Virus record (IMG/VR): IMGVR_UViG_3300048838_001106
Coordinates: 64,001-128,000 of that record
Source: a virus
Direction: 5' to 3' (one strand)
Length of the DNA: 64,000 nt
The stretch's first letter is position 1. Each line of letters starts with the position of its first letter. Below the pieces are notes generated by a model. That model was not told the DNA's origin. It made no database searches and worked only from the letters and a program-made list of their open reading frames with translations. The position numbers were made by a program, and so were the translations under genes. Positions 19,801 through 29,170 of this stretch are shown piece after piece.

Positions 19801-20330
19801 TCCTCAAGATTACACGCCAGCAGGCGATTAAGTTGTACGCAACATACCTGGCAGATTGCCTCGCAGAAGATGTTGCAGCTGGTTACAAGGAAAACCTTGT
19901 GGACATCTTCATTCACGGCACTGACAGGGTTAATCAGTACCCTGCAGGAGAACTTCAGCGTCTCATCAACGAGAGCCTGGATGAGATGGGCGATGAGATT
20001 GCCGAGTTGTTTCCGTCGCAGCACAGACGCGATGTAACAAGCGTGCAAGTTGTTGACGGCGTTCTACTTGACCGAAAACGCGTTGAAGATTTCATCATGA
20101 CACACGAGGCCGAGAAGGTCGGGTACGTAGCCTACATTCGAAGTCTTAGAGAAGGTAAAGTGCTTTTCCCCGACTCAGTCATGGAAGATACGCTGCTGGG
20201 CAGACTCAAGGCTTTGTGCGAAGACGAAGAAGTTGACTACAAGTCAGCTGCACTCTTCCAAGAAGAAGGCATCAAAGACCCAGAAACCCGCGTCAGCAAT
20301 ACACCATCCATCGCGCTGAAAGCTACATAA
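19797..20330 (+). CDS. Hypothetical protein
   Basis: ATGA overlap. Confidence 0.65.
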   Translation: MILKITRQQAIKLYATYLADCLAEDVAAGYKENLVDIFIHGTDRVNQYPAGELQRLINESLDEMGDEIAELFPSQHRRDVTSVQVVDGVLLDRKRVEDFIMTHEAEKVGYVAYIRSLREGKVLFPDSVMEDTLLGRLKALCEDEEVDYKSAALFQEEGIKDPETRVSNTPSIALKAT

Positions 20331-20340
20331 AGGAGACCAC

Positions 20341-20934
20341 ATGCCGGCATCGCATAAAGAAGTCGAACAACACTTCATGGCACACAGAGACGAAGCCCTA
20401 ACAGGCGAGTACGACACCGACGTGAGGTACATCAACCAGACAGAGCTATGGTGGCTTGAGTTGTTCACTGCTACAGATTACCGGCTTCGTCTGACACACC
20501 TCGGAGGTGGCTGCGGTGTAGGCTACATGCTTGTGTGGCGCAACAACACACCTGAAAGCGAGCACTACTTTGAATTGGAGTTCGCCAACAATCAGTGTGA
20601 GCTGTTCCGTGTTGTAAAAGACAAAGATACCACGCACGACACGCAGGTCGATTACAAAGACATGAAGGAATTCTTGGGCAGTGAGAACTCCAAGTACCTC
20701 ACCGACTTCTTTTCCAGGAAACCTCGACTGTCAGCACACGACCTGGCTTTTGACATCCAAAAACAAATCGTGCTCAGACAGGCGTTGTATGGCGCTGACA
20801 CAGACGTAACCGAGCTCACCAATGCGCTCAACGAGAAGATGTCTTTGTGGTCAGCTATCCAGAAAGACGTCTTTCAGACAATGACAAACACATATCGATT
20901 CAGGATTACGCGCCAATGCGAAAACCAAACATGA
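20341..20934 (+). CDS. Hypothetical protein
   Basis: AAGGAG RBS. Confidence 0.65.
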   Translation: MPASHKEVEQHFMAHRDEALTGEYDTDVRYINQTELWWLELFTATDYRLRLTHLGGGCGVGYMLVWRNNTPESEHYFELEFANNQCELFRVVKDKDTTHDTQVDYKDMKEFLGSENSKYLTDFFSRKPRLSAHDLAFDIQKQIVLRQALYGADTDVTELTNALNEKMSLWSAIQKDVFQTMTNTYRFRITRQCENQT

Positions 20935-21461
20935 CACTTGTGGATGAAACGTTCGATAAAGACGTCTCGTTACATGAGATGACGATCGAGCAGGACAGCG
21001 GCGTCTATAGATGCATTTCGTTTAAGAACCCTAGCTCAATCAATTATCACTTTCGCCTGACCACATGGCCGGGCCATCTGGCTATCTCAGGCGACATGGG
21101 CGATTTCATGTTCTGCAGGCTGCAGGACATGTTTGAGTTTTTTCGAGGACCACTGTCCGTGGGATACTGGAAAGAGAAGTGCGTGGCCGGCGAAACCGAA
21201 GAATTTGACGCGCACAGCTGGGGCGACTTTTTGTCGGACTTGCTAGACCAGGAGTACATCACAAAGGAGCAGAAAGAAGAGCTTTCCGGTCTGGAGCCAG
21301 ACAACCCATACAGCCTGGTCGAAGCGCTTGACCAGGCGGGCGTGGCAGATGCCTGGGAGTATGGCGGAGCACTCGACGCCTACACACATCAGTTTTTGTG
21401 GTGCCTCAGAGCAATCCAGTGGGGCATCGCGAAGTACGACGCCAGCAAGGAGCTGTCATGA
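20931..21461 (+). CDS. Conserved phage protein
   Basis: TWPGHLAISGDMG..F.RL.DMF.FFR..YW.EK motif common in phage hypotheticals. Confidence 0.75.
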   Translation: MTLVDETFDKDVSLHEMTIEQDSGVYRCISFKNPSSINYHFRLTTWPGHLAISGDMGDFMFCRLQDMFEFFRGPLSVGYWKEKCVAGETEEFDAHSWGDFLSDLLDQEYITKEQKEELSGLEPDNPYSLVEALDQAGVADAWEYGGALDAYTHQFLWCLRAIQWGIAKYDASKELS

Positions 21462-21658
21462 GTACTAAAATCGAAGACAGAGAACTCACACAATCAGACG
21501 TGGGCGCGACAGTGTTGTACGTCGCGTCAGGTGTTGTCGAGTTTGGAAAAATATCTTCCTGGAACGACCAGTATGTCTTCGTGAAATACGGGGAGGGTGA
21601 CACAGCAGCCGCAACAAAACCATGCGACCTGCGCTGGGAAAGGACTGACGAAGACTAA
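21458..21658 (+). CDS. Small conserved phage protein
   Basis: DVG..V.Y...E.G.ISSWND.YVFV.Y pattern; AAGGAG RBS. Confidence 0.6.
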   Translation: MSTKIEDRELTQSDVGATVLYVASGVVEFGKISSWNDQYVFVKYGEGDTAAATKPCDLRWERTDED

Positions 21659-21697
21659 CGCACGGCGACGCTACGCCGTACAATCAAAGGAGCTGTT

Positions 21698-22207
21698 ATG
21701 CAGTTCATTTACGCAGACTTACTGTTCTCCGCCGGTAGCATAATGTTTGGGGCGGCTGTTTTGTGGCTCTTCATGTCACAAATGGTTCGACGCAGAGCGT
21801 TTAATCAGGCAGAACTCACCTTACGAATCTGTCTACACGACGGGTACGCTGGGACGTACTACGACATGCACATCACCGACGTGTGGGACGTCAAGAACAA
21901 CAATCTGAAAGTAGACGGGCTCACTAAGAGACTTGGAATCGTATTCAAAGACGCCACGATAATAGACGCCGACTTGTTTTACAAAAACGTCAAACCCGCT
22001 CCTCGCATGTATAAGACAGTTTCTCTCAGACACATCAAGACCGAGCTAGCGTTCAGAGAGATGCAACAACAAGAGCGCGACGATATGAAGTTTTCTGAGG
22101 AAGAGCTCAGACAGGAACAGATAGCTCAGGCCAGGAGAGAAGCCGCAAAACGCCTCGAAGACGCCGAGCAGGAGCGTCTTTATGCCGAAGCTATGGGAGA
22201 GTGTTGA
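21698..22207 (+). CDS. Membrane-anchored hypothetical protein
   Basis: N-terminal hydrophobic segment; AGGAG RBS. Confidence 0.6.
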   Translation: MQFIYADLLFSAGSIMFGAAVLWLFMSQMVRRRAFNQAELTLRICLHDGYAGTYYDMHITDVWDVKNNNLKVDGLTKRLGIVFKDATIIDADLFYKNVKPAPRMYKTVSLRHIKTELAFREMQQQERDDMKFSEEELRQEQIAQARREAAKRLEDAEQERLYAEAMGEC

Positions 22208-22208
22208 C

Positions 22209-22496
22209 ATGACGCGCATGTTCGTGTCTGTGTGTATGACAGGCCGCGTACGAACTAGAGACGGAAGATATTATCAGCTGATTGTACATCCGTATTTTGG
22301 CTGTCCAGAACTGTACAGAGACAGAGCGTGGACAAGACGCGTAGACGAAGAAGAGTGGCACGACGACAAGGCGGTGATGGAAGCCGTCGATTGGTGGCTT
22401 AGTAAATACTGGGCACCTACACAGCAAGACAGAAACGAAGTGCCGGTTCTTTTAGAGGTGCCGGGCGACACTGAGCAACTACAACCAAGTAACTGA
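22209..22496 (+). CDS. Hypothetical protein
   Basis: GGAGA RBS. Confidence 0.5.
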   Translation: MTRMFVSVCMTGRVRTRDGRYYQLIVHPYFGCPELYRDRAWTRRVDEEEWHDDKAVMEAVDWWLSKYWAPTQQDRNEVPVLLEVPGDTEQLQPSN

Positions 22497-22505
22497 AGAG
22501 GTGAC

Positions 22506-22703
22506 ATGAAAGCATCGAACATTGTCTCAAAAATCACTGAGTGTGCTGACCTCGAAGAAGCAGGGCCGTACATCGCCGCCGCGCTGGTGTACGGCGTAAA
22601 CAATATGGATGGCGGGGATTTCCTGGACCTCACGTCGAAGCTCGCTGACGAGCTCACGTTTCATTTCGATGTGCCAGACATGGCAGAGGTTCTCGATGAG
22701 TAG
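22506..22703 (+). CDS. Hypothetical protein
   Basis: GAGGT RBS. Confidence 0.55.
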   Translation: MKASNIVSKITECADLEEAGPYIAAALVYGVNNMDGGDFLDLTSKLADELTFHFDVPDMAEVLDE

Positions 22704-23013
22704 CAACGAGTTAGACGCCACGTCAGGCGCAAAGTTTGACACCGGAAAACTCCGGCCTTCTTTGCTGCCCTGGGGGTCTGTCATGGAAATCGTCAAAGTC
22801 CTGGAATTCGGCGCTAAAAAGTACGATGTTGATAACTGGCAACGTGTGCCTCAGGCCAGGACACGATATTTTGACGCCGCTATGCGCCACCTCATTGCGT
22901 GGCGCGAGGGTGAGAGCACCGACGCAGAATCAGGACTGCACCACCTTGCACATGCTGGGTGTTGCGTCGTGTTTTTGCTGTGGTTTGAGTTGACCTTAGC
23001 GGAAAACACATGA
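22696..23013 (+). CDS. dATP/dGTP diphosphohydrolase domain protein (DUF5664-type)
   Basis: KFDTGK...LLP...VLEFGAKKY...NW...RH..AW..GE..D.ESGL.HLAHA. Confidence 0.85.
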   Translation: MSSNELDATSGAKFDTGKLRPSLLPWGSVMEIVKVLEFGAKKYDVDNWQRVPQARTRYFDAAMRHLIAWREGESTDAESGLHHLAHAGCCVVFLLWFELTLAENT

Positions 23014-23717
23014 AGTTCATTTGCATGTCAGATACCCACATGGAACATGAACACGCCGCGCGATATCCAGCAGATTGTCTGTTACATGCAGGAGATCTCA
23101 CGGAGTACGGTACCCGCGCTGAAGTAGACGAGGTGGAAAGATGGCTTAAGGATCTTCCGTATGCGCGCAAAGTAGTCATTGCGGGCAATCATGATTTGTG
23201 TTGTGACCCAAACCCGCAGAACCTCGTTCGACTGATTCCTGATTCCCACCTAGATGGGTACATGCCTGAGGGTAATTACAGGATCAAACATTGCACCTAT
23301 CTCAATCAGCAGGTGACGCAGGTTGGCGAGTACAAAATTTGGGGGGAACCAAGGCAACCTGAATTTTGGAAATGGGCTTTCAATGTCCGACGCCCCCAGA
23401 TGAAATGGCAGGTATGGTCTAAAGTCCCAAAAGACATAGATATCATGATCACGCACGGCCCTCCCTATAAGGCGGGGGATAGAACCCCAACTGAAAATGC
23501 AGGGTGCCCTGCGCAGTTAGAAATGATATCGGATCACCCAACCTTGAAACTTGTAGTGTGCGGGCATATCCATTCTGGGTATGGTGTATACAACCTGGTC
23601 AAAAGGAATGGTCAGCGATGTCTTGTAGTTAACGCGGCCCTGCTGCAAAACGATTTCTCCCTTCGAGAGCCTATCCTCATTGAGGCTAAGGGTGATGACT
23701 TTCAGAGGGTGTTCTAA
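23010..23717 (+). CDS. Calcineurin-like metallophosphoesterase (MPPED/239FB-like)
   Basis: SDTH, HAGDLT, IAGNHD, THGPP, GHIH motifs. Confidence 0.9.
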   Translation: MKFICMSDTHMEHEHAARYPADCLLHAGDLTEYGTRAEVDEVERWLKDLPYARKVVIAGNHDLCCDPNPQNLVRLIPDSHLDGYMPEGNYRIKHCTYLNQQVTQVGEYKIWGEPRQPEFWKWAFNVRRPQMKWQVWSKVPKDIDIMITHGPPYKAGDRTPTENAGCPAQLEMISDHPTLKLVVCGHIHSGYGVYNLVKRNGQRCLVVNAALLQNDFSLREPILIEAKGDDFQRVF

Positions 23718-23725
23718 GTTAGAGG

Positions 23726-23754
23726 TTTACAGAAATCTGGTTGCCGACGATACT
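23726..23754 (+). promoter_or_regulatory. Sigma70-type promoter for the tRNA
   Basis: TTTACA-17 bp-GATACT, about 10 bp upstream of the tRNA. Confidence 0.55.
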
Positions 23755-23764
23755 TCACACGTCA

Positions 23765-23838
23765 GCGCCCATAGCTCAGTTGGTCAGAGCTGCCGGCTCA
23801 TAACCGGTTGGTCCCAGGTTCGAACCCTGGTGGGCGCA
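23765..23838 (+). tRNA. tRNA with CAT anticodon, probably tRNA-Ile2 (lysidine type), else elongator Met
   Basis: GCGCCCA/TGGGCGC acceptor stem, D arm TAGCTCAGTTGGTCAGAGC, anticodon arm GCCGG-CTCATAA-CCGGT, T loop GTTCGAAC; no encoded CCA. Confidence 0.9.
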
Positions 23839-23866
23839 TTTTTTTTTTCATTTTAGAGGGAAGTAC

Positions 23867-24184
23867 ATGAACGTCATTGAGTACCGATGTTCTGGGTGTG
23901 ACGCCAAGTACGCATCGTTTGCTGGCATGCCTGATGTATGTATTGTTTGCCGCGCTCCGGACATCGCAGTACACACGCGCCAGTTGACAGATTTCTCGTA
24001 TTACATGGGCGACTATGAGGGCAGATTTTACGTCGTACAAGCGGTAGGCACGCACCTCATGTTGATACCACACCACTTTGGACTCCTGAAACACATCGAG
24101 TGTGCAGGGGCGTGCGACATCATAGACCTGGAGATGTGGCCGGGCACTATCGGGTATGACGCATACGCATCAGGAGCACCATGA
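23867..24184 (+). CDS. Zn-finger hypothetical protein
   Basis: CSGC...CIVC. Confidence 0.55.
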   Translation: MNVIEYRCSGCDAKYASFAGMPDVCIVCRAPDIAVHTRQLTDFSYYMGDYEGRFYVVQAVGTHLMLIPHHFGLLKHIECAGACDIIDLEMWPGTIGYDAYASGAP

Positions 24185-24987
24185 GAACACTGCGAAGCAT
24201 TTGCATGGCCCTTCTCAAAGAAGACTTAAGGAAGTTCAATGCACAGAAAGCTGTAGCCAAGGAAGGCATGAAACAAGCGCAGAGAACATGCGATAGCGCG
24301 CTAAAGTGGAAGCACTATCCAGATTTCTGGGGGAGCCATGACAATCTTCGCACAGTTCACCTGGCGATAGCATGGTTTCGCGGGCGAACACCGATTGAAG
24401 CGGAGCGAAACCACTCGAAACACCACGAAGACTACAACACGAGAAAAATGCAACGAGCAGCGCTGCACCTCGTTGGGTACACACTGGAGAGGGCAAGAAA
24501 AATGCATGAAATCGAATTGAAAGCAAAGATACGAGCAGAAAAGAATCACACCATGATTTCCGTACCGATTGTAATGAAATCAAGACCTTATGTATGCGAA
24601 AACGACGACACACGTTACTACCACGTAAACACCGAAGCACCCGATGTGGCGGCCTTCCTCCAAGGACACGATGAAGATGTGGTACAAGCATTTGTACGCG
24701 TCATCATGCCCGACGATCTCGAATCCCTCATCAATTTCGACCCTGAGTCGTTCTACAACGTGCCTCCAGGAATATACATCTGGCGCGGCTCGGCTGTCAT
24801 AGACGAGGACGGCATCGAGTGCATGGTCGACTCTTTCACGCCACAGCCTGCATTTGAAACAACATTTCACGAGGTGATGGACGGCGGCATTGGAAACCCA
24901 AAAGCCGTGGCCAGACTCGTGCTTAATCACAAGGAAGACAACGATGCAACCGAAGACAATAATGATCTTGAGCGGGGGGACGTTTAG
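24181..24987 (+). CDS. Hypothetical protein
   Basis: AGGAG RBS, ATGA overlap, 268 aa. Confidence 0.65.
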   Translation: MRTLRSICMALLKEDLRKFNAQKAVAKEGMKQAQRTCDSALKWKHYPDFWGSHDNLRTVHLAIAWFRGRTPIEAERNHSKHHEDYNTRKMQRAALHLVGYTLERARKMHEIELKAKIRAEKNHTMISVPIVMKSRPYVCENDDTRYYHVNTEAPDVAAFLQGHDEDVVQAFVRVIMPDDLESLINFDPESFYNVPPGIYIWRGSAVIDEDGIECMVDSFTPQPAFETTFHEVMDGGIGNPKAVARLVLNHKEDNDATEDNNDLERGDV

Positions 24988-26176
24988 TCCAATCAAAGCA
25001 CATCTGTCACTCGCAGCCCCCGCCTTCGGCAACACAGCTACTACGCTGAGTTCCCTGTTCTACCAACACAAAGCACTGGAAATGGCTGTAGAGACCTACT
25101 GGACTCAAATGGCCTATCCGGGCACAACCCCCATTCTGCGCACAAACAAAGACGTTGAGAATCTTGTCGACAAGTGGATTGCAGACCCAAATGTCAAAGT
25201 CATCATCATGAACGCAGCGCTGTGCGACTTCGACGCGACGGTGGTCGGGGTACCAGACGACGTCAAGCGTCTAGACAGCAGTAAGAAGTACCTTGTTGAG
25301 CTGACGCCGGCCCCAAAGATTTTGAGTAAGATTCGAAAGACGAGGAAAGACATCTTTCTGGTGGGGTTTAAGACGACAGCAGGGGCAACACCTGAAGAGC
25401 AGTTCAACAAAGGCTTGAAGCTCATGAAAGAGACGTCGTGCAATCTGGTCTTTGCAAATGACGTTGTCACACGACGCAACTTTGTTATCACTCCTGAGGA
25501 AGTGCGATACGCAGAAGGAGTAGGCGATGAAGCCAGGGATAACGCGCTCAAAGAGCTCGTAGACATGATTCTTCTTCGAACCAACCTGTCATTCACACGA
25601 TCGACAGTTATTGCAGGAGACCCTGTACCCTGGAACTCTCCCGATGTCCCAGAGTCGCTACGCACAGTGGTAGACCATATGATAGCCAGGAACGCGTACA
25701 AACCGGGCCCAACAGGTGCCACGGTAGGGCACTTCGCATGTAAGGTTGGCCCAACCACGTTCCTGACGTCACGACGAAAGACGAACTTCAACCAACTCCA
25801 CGACATTGGCCTGGTCAGAATCGAGACAGACGGCCCAGACACTGTGATTGCCTACGGCAGCAAACCAAGCGTTGGAGGACAGTCGCAGCGTATTATCTTT
25901 GAAGAGCATGACGGGCTGGACTGCATTGTCCACGCACACGTGCCGCTTCGCGAAGACCATCCTGATGACATTCCTGTGGTGTCGCAGCGCGCATACGAGT
26001 GTGGGTCACACGAGTGCGGGCAGAATACATCAAACGGGCTTAAGCAGTTTGGCAACCTCAAAGCTGTCATGCTCGACAAGCACGGCCCTAACGTTGTTTT
26101 TCATCGCGACACAGACCCACAAGAAGTCATTGATTTTATTGAGCGAAACTTTGATCTGACCAAGAAGACCGCATGA
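24944..26176 (+). CDS. CoaB/DFP-like (phosphopantothenate-cysteine ligase) domain fused to class II aldolase/adducin-like domain
   Basis: GGT..., IIMNAALCDF, KILSKIR, LVGFKTT, CNLVFAND (CoaB); TTFLTS, KPS..., IVHAH, HG (aldolase II). Confidence 0.75.
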   Translation: MQPKTIMILSGGTFSPIKAHLSLAAPAFGNTATTLSSLFYQHKALEMAVETYWTQMAYPGTTPILRTNKDVENLVDKWIADPNVKVIIMNAALCDFDATVVGVPDDVKRLDSSKKYLVELTPAPKILSKIRKTRKDIFLVGFKTTAGATPEEQFNKGLKLMKETSCNLVFANDVVTRRNFVITPEEVRYAEGVGDEARDNALKELVDMILLRTNLSFTRSTVIAGDPVPWNSPDVPESLRTVVDHMIARNAYKPGPTGATVGHFACKVGPTTFLTSRRKTNFNQLHDIGLVRIETDGPDTVIAYGSKPSVGGQSQRIIFEEHDGLDCIVHAHVPLREDHPDDIPVVSQRAYECGSHECGQNTSNGLKQFGNLKAVMLDKHGPNVVFHRDTDPQEVIDFIERNFDLTKKTA

Positions 26177-26469
26177 ACACAGACATCACAACGAGAAATG
26201 TTACCGAAGCTGCCAGGGCCTTCATCAAGGAGTCAGAGCAGGCTGTCTCAAGCCCAAATTGTCTGAGCGACAACTCGAGACTAAGAGTCCTTCTTGCACA
26301 GGCAAATGAGATTTTAGACGTGCTGCTCACAGACAGGGAATCTGTGATTGGACACATGAAGTACATCTCAACTGTTCTCACGGAGCTACATGACAAAGCT
26401 GAAGGTGTCCAGGACACTCTGGAGACGTACATGAAACAAAACAATGTCAAGCAGGGGGGTCAGCGATGA
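26173..26469 (+). CDS. Hypothetical protein
   Basis: ATGA coupling. Confidence 0.55.
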   Translation: MNTDITTRNVTEAARAFIKESEQAVSSPNCLSDNSRLRVLLAQANEILDVLLTDRESVIGHMKYISTVLTELHDKAEGVQDTLETYMKQNNVKQGGQR

Positions 26470-26672
26470 TAGAAGAGAAGAAAGAATACAGCCTGAAGTG
26501 CGACAAGTGCGGCAAGCGGTGGCCTACGACACGTTTCCACGGCCCATGGCTGGAGTCACGGGACGAGCTCATAACCAAGGCGCGAGACGACGGCTGGGAT
26601 GCCAGCTATGTAGATGACGCAGCGCTGTGCGAAGAGCATGCGGTAAACGAGGCAGAACATGGACCAACGTGA
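26466..26672 (+). CDS. Small Zn-binding protein
   Basis: CDKC...GW...CEEH. Confidence 0.6.
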   Translation: MIEEKKEYSLKCDKCGKRWPTTRFHGPWLESRDELITKARDDGWDASYVDDAALCEEHAVNEAEHGPT

Positions 26673-26853
26673 CGCAAAGAAGTACGCGCTCGGCATCGCA
26701 GTAACACAGTTAGACGCCTATCTGCTGGGAGATGACACGTCCTTCAGTGAGAAAGACAAGAAGAAAGTGCACAGCGAAGTTCGAAAGATTCGAGACAGGC
26801 TTCGGGACCGGCTCGACGTTCTAAATACAGAGTACAAAAAGGCGCACACATGA
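26659..26853 (+). CDS. Hypothetical protein
   Basis: Coupled small ORF. Confidence 0.5.
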   Translation: MDQRDAKKYALGIAVTQLDAYLLGDDTSFSEKDKKKVHSEVRKIRDRLRDRLDVLNTEYKKAHT

Positions 26854-27110
26854 AATGGCGTATCACAGTAGACCACGTCGAATACAAGACAGACGACCTC
26901 GCAGTTTCCTGCACCTATGATGACAAGTTAAACGGCACTCTCACTCCGTTTCGTATGTATGACGACGATGACACGCTATACTACGAAGGAGAAGGAGACT
27001 TTTACAACAACAACGTGACCGGATTCGAGCCTCTAGATGACTACGGCATGCCCAATGCTGGGTGTACACGCATCGACTGGTTCGAAAACGGCAAATGGAA
27101 CATCCTATGA
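26850..27110 (+). CDS. Conserved small phage protein
   Basis: FRMYDDD..LYYEG...PLDDYG.PNAGCT.I motif. Confidence 0.65.
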   Translation: MKWRITVDHVEYKTDDLAVSCTYDDKLNGTLTPFRMYDDDDTLYYEGEGDFYNNNVTGFEPLDDYGMPNAGCTRIDWFENGKWNIL

Positions 27111-27433
27111 AATACACAACCTTACTTCTACTCGCCCTTGCCACCGCCTGCACACCGTCTCCAGACTACGAGCACATCGCAGAGGCGCGGTCCATCGAAC
27201 GCAATACCAGTCTTCTGGTCTCGATCGAGATGATGAACAGATCTGGACAGGATGTCATGCTGCTGTGCCTCATTGAGGACGAGGCGGACATGAAAAAACA
27301 GAGCGACGGGCGGTATAGCGCTGATTTGGTGTGTCGCCACCCGAAATTCACTATCCGGGTGTCGGTGAAAGACGCCAAGCTTAACAAAGATGGGCTTAGC
27401 GAGCTGGATGTAGTAGCAGTGAAGCTCATCTGA
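27107..27433 (+). CDS. Putative lipoprotein
   Basis: MKYTTLLLLALATA-C lipobox-like signal. Confidence 0.6.
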   Translation: MKYTTLLLLALATACTPSPDYEHIAEARSIERNTSLLVSIEMMNRSGQDVMLLCLIEDEADMKKQSDGRYSADLVCRHPKFTIRVSVKDAKLNKDGLSELDVVAVKLI

Positions 27434-27539
27434 CCCCCCAGCGAGAAAAGTAGCGCGCTTCGCGCGCTTTTTTAGCACGATATTGCAAAGTAAACCGAGC
27501 GTGTGCTAAGCAAACGCAAACACAACACGAGGTTTTTCG

Positions 27540-28055
27540 ATGAGTCCAGAAGGATACGCGTCGTGGTGCTTAAACACCATCCGAAGAGACATCTCTGAAG
27601 ACCGAATTCCACTGTACATTAACTTTTCTGGCCGCACTGAACTAGGTGAAGTCCAGGAACACATTGTTCGAGGCATGCGCGGCGCTGAAAAGCACGACGA
27701 CAGTAAGCTCAAGGAAGAATTGGGGGATGTGGCGTTCCTGTTGTACGCCAAATGCGCGCTGACACGCGCAAATCTCGCCCATGACTGGGACACATCTGGA
27801 AAAATACAGAAAAGACCCGGAATCTCGCGCATCATAAACACACTTTGCCTTCTTAACGAGGCTGACCAGTGCGCTGAGCGCCTCTCAGAGGCATTTCGTC
27901 GCGATTCACGTCCCGAAGTGTACGTAGAGTACCTCGATCGCCTATGCACCTGTCTAGGTTGGAGCATGCCAGACGTTGTTTTCCTGAATCGCGTCAAAAT
28001 CGTGCAGCGAATCTCCAATGGGACACTAATTAACAAGGAAAACAGGACAACATGA
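27540..28055 (+). CDS. MazG-like nucleotide pyrophosphohydrolase
   Basis: ELGEVQE...KEELGDV; C-terminal N..KI..R. Confidence 0.55.
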   Translation: MSPEGYASWCLNTIRRDISEDRIPLYINFSGRTELGEVQEHIVRGMRGAEKHDDSKLKEELGDVAFLLYAKCALTRANLAHDWDTSGKIQKRPGISRIINTLCLLNEADQCAERLSEAFRRDSRPEVYVEYLDRLCTCLGWSMPDVVFLNRVKIVQRISNGTLINKENRTT

Positions 28056-28360
28056 CTCAAGACGACTACTGGGACATCACAACTACACAGGCTGCGGGCA
28101 TTCCATTGTGGAAAGTCGGCAAACGAACAACAATCAAAACAACTCACCACAAAGAGGACACCGAAATCATGGCAAACCCAGACAAAGTCTACTTTTTGGC
28201 AAAAAAAGACGAGCTCAGACAGTTTCGTGAACAATGTGAGCACGTCGCGAAGTCAATGCACGCGCACAGCTCTTTTCATCTGCACAAAGATGTCTTGAAC
28301 GACTATGAACGCCTTCTGTTGGAAGAAGAGGAGCGCCGTGACACAAGATCCGAGACTTGA
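28052..28360 (+). CDS. Hypothetical protein
   Basis: CAGGA RBS, ATGA overlap. Confidence 0.55.
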   Translation: MTQDDYWDITTTQAAGIPLWKVGKRTTIKTTHHKEDTEIMANPDKVYFLAKKDELRQFREQCEHVAKSMHAHSSFHLHKDVLNDYERLLLEEEERRDTRSET

Positions 28361-28868
28361 AGACCTCCGACGGCAGCTAAAAGCCGGATTATTCACGCGA
28401 GACATTGCAAAACTATGGAGGTGCTCACAAGCGACTGTCAATTACTGGATTCGCAAAGATCCAGAGCTTGTTCGGCTCAGGGACCGCACGTTTCCGGCGA
28501 GAAAACGCACCACACGCAAAGTAAGCGACTTTATGTTGCAGAAATACATAGAAGATGGCTGGACACACAAGCGCATAGCTGCGTTTACAGGCATGCACCT
28601 GTCCACGATACAGCGACGCATGAAAAAGGCACCACACCTTGAAATCTTGTACGAAGAAACCGCGCATCTTCGAATAAACCGAGCAAAACTTCGAAAAAGC
28701 GCGAGAGAACAGCATGTACCAGAAATTGCCAGGCTCACGTGTCAAGGCTACACCTTAAAAGACATTGCGAAGATGCGTGGCCTCACCAAAAGCAAAGTAA
28801 CTCACATAAAAAGAGAATTCAGAGAATTGTTTCTGCATTACATGGAGACATTCAATGGCCAGACATGA
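28338..28868 (+). CDS. Triple helix-turn-helix DNA-binding protein
   Basis: TRDIAKLWRCSQATV; THKRIAAFTGMHLSTI; TLKDIAKMRGLTKSKV. Confidence 0.75.
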   Translation: MTQDPRLEDLRRQLKAGLFTRDIAKLWRCSQATVNYWIRKDPELVRLRDRTFPARKRTTRKVSDFMLQKYIEDGWTHKRIAAFTGMHLSTIQRRMKKAPHLEILYEETAHLRINRAKLRKSAREQHVPEIARLTCQGYTLKDIAKMRGLTKSKVTHIKREFRELFLHYMETFNGQT

Positions 28869-29106
28869 TTGGACACAGGAACACCTGTTCGGCGCATACA
28901 TCATGAAAACAATGGAGATACTTTCTCTGAGCGAAGAACAGAACAACTCTGAAGAAGCTGACAAGATCCGAGAAGACATGGAAAATCTCTGGAATGACAT
29001 GGAACCAGAAACGGTAACTAAACTGCGCCCGGTATTGGGGCAACTAGGAGCGTTCTCTATTGTCCAGGACACTGTGCTTCATTACACAACCTTGTTTCAC
29101 AAATGA
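28855..29106 (+). CDS. Hypothetical protein
   Basis: GGAG RBS. Confidence 0.55.
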   Translation: MARHDWTQEHLFGAYIMKTMEILSLSEEQNNSEEADKIREDMENLWNDMEPETVTKLRPVLGQLGAFSIVQDTVLHYTTLFHK

Positions 29107-29119
29107 ATGACACAAAACG

Positions 29120-29153
29120 GGTATAAGAACTTGTAATGAACAATGGAGTTCAT
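29120..29153 (+). promoter_or_regulatory. Phage-specific promoter candidate GGTATAAGAA plus leader hairpin (copy 1)
   Basis: 34 bp shared with 31199-31232 (2 mismatches), intergenic, upstream of a gene start. Confidence 0.6.
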
Positions 29154-29170
29154 TTGAGCAAGGAGACAAC

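Noticed and set aside
25114-28243. Long antisense ORFs (e.g. 25114-25842, 27506-28243) and + strand shadows over the tail genes
   Set aside because: They fully overlap better-supported genes on the opposite strand; typical codon-bias shadows
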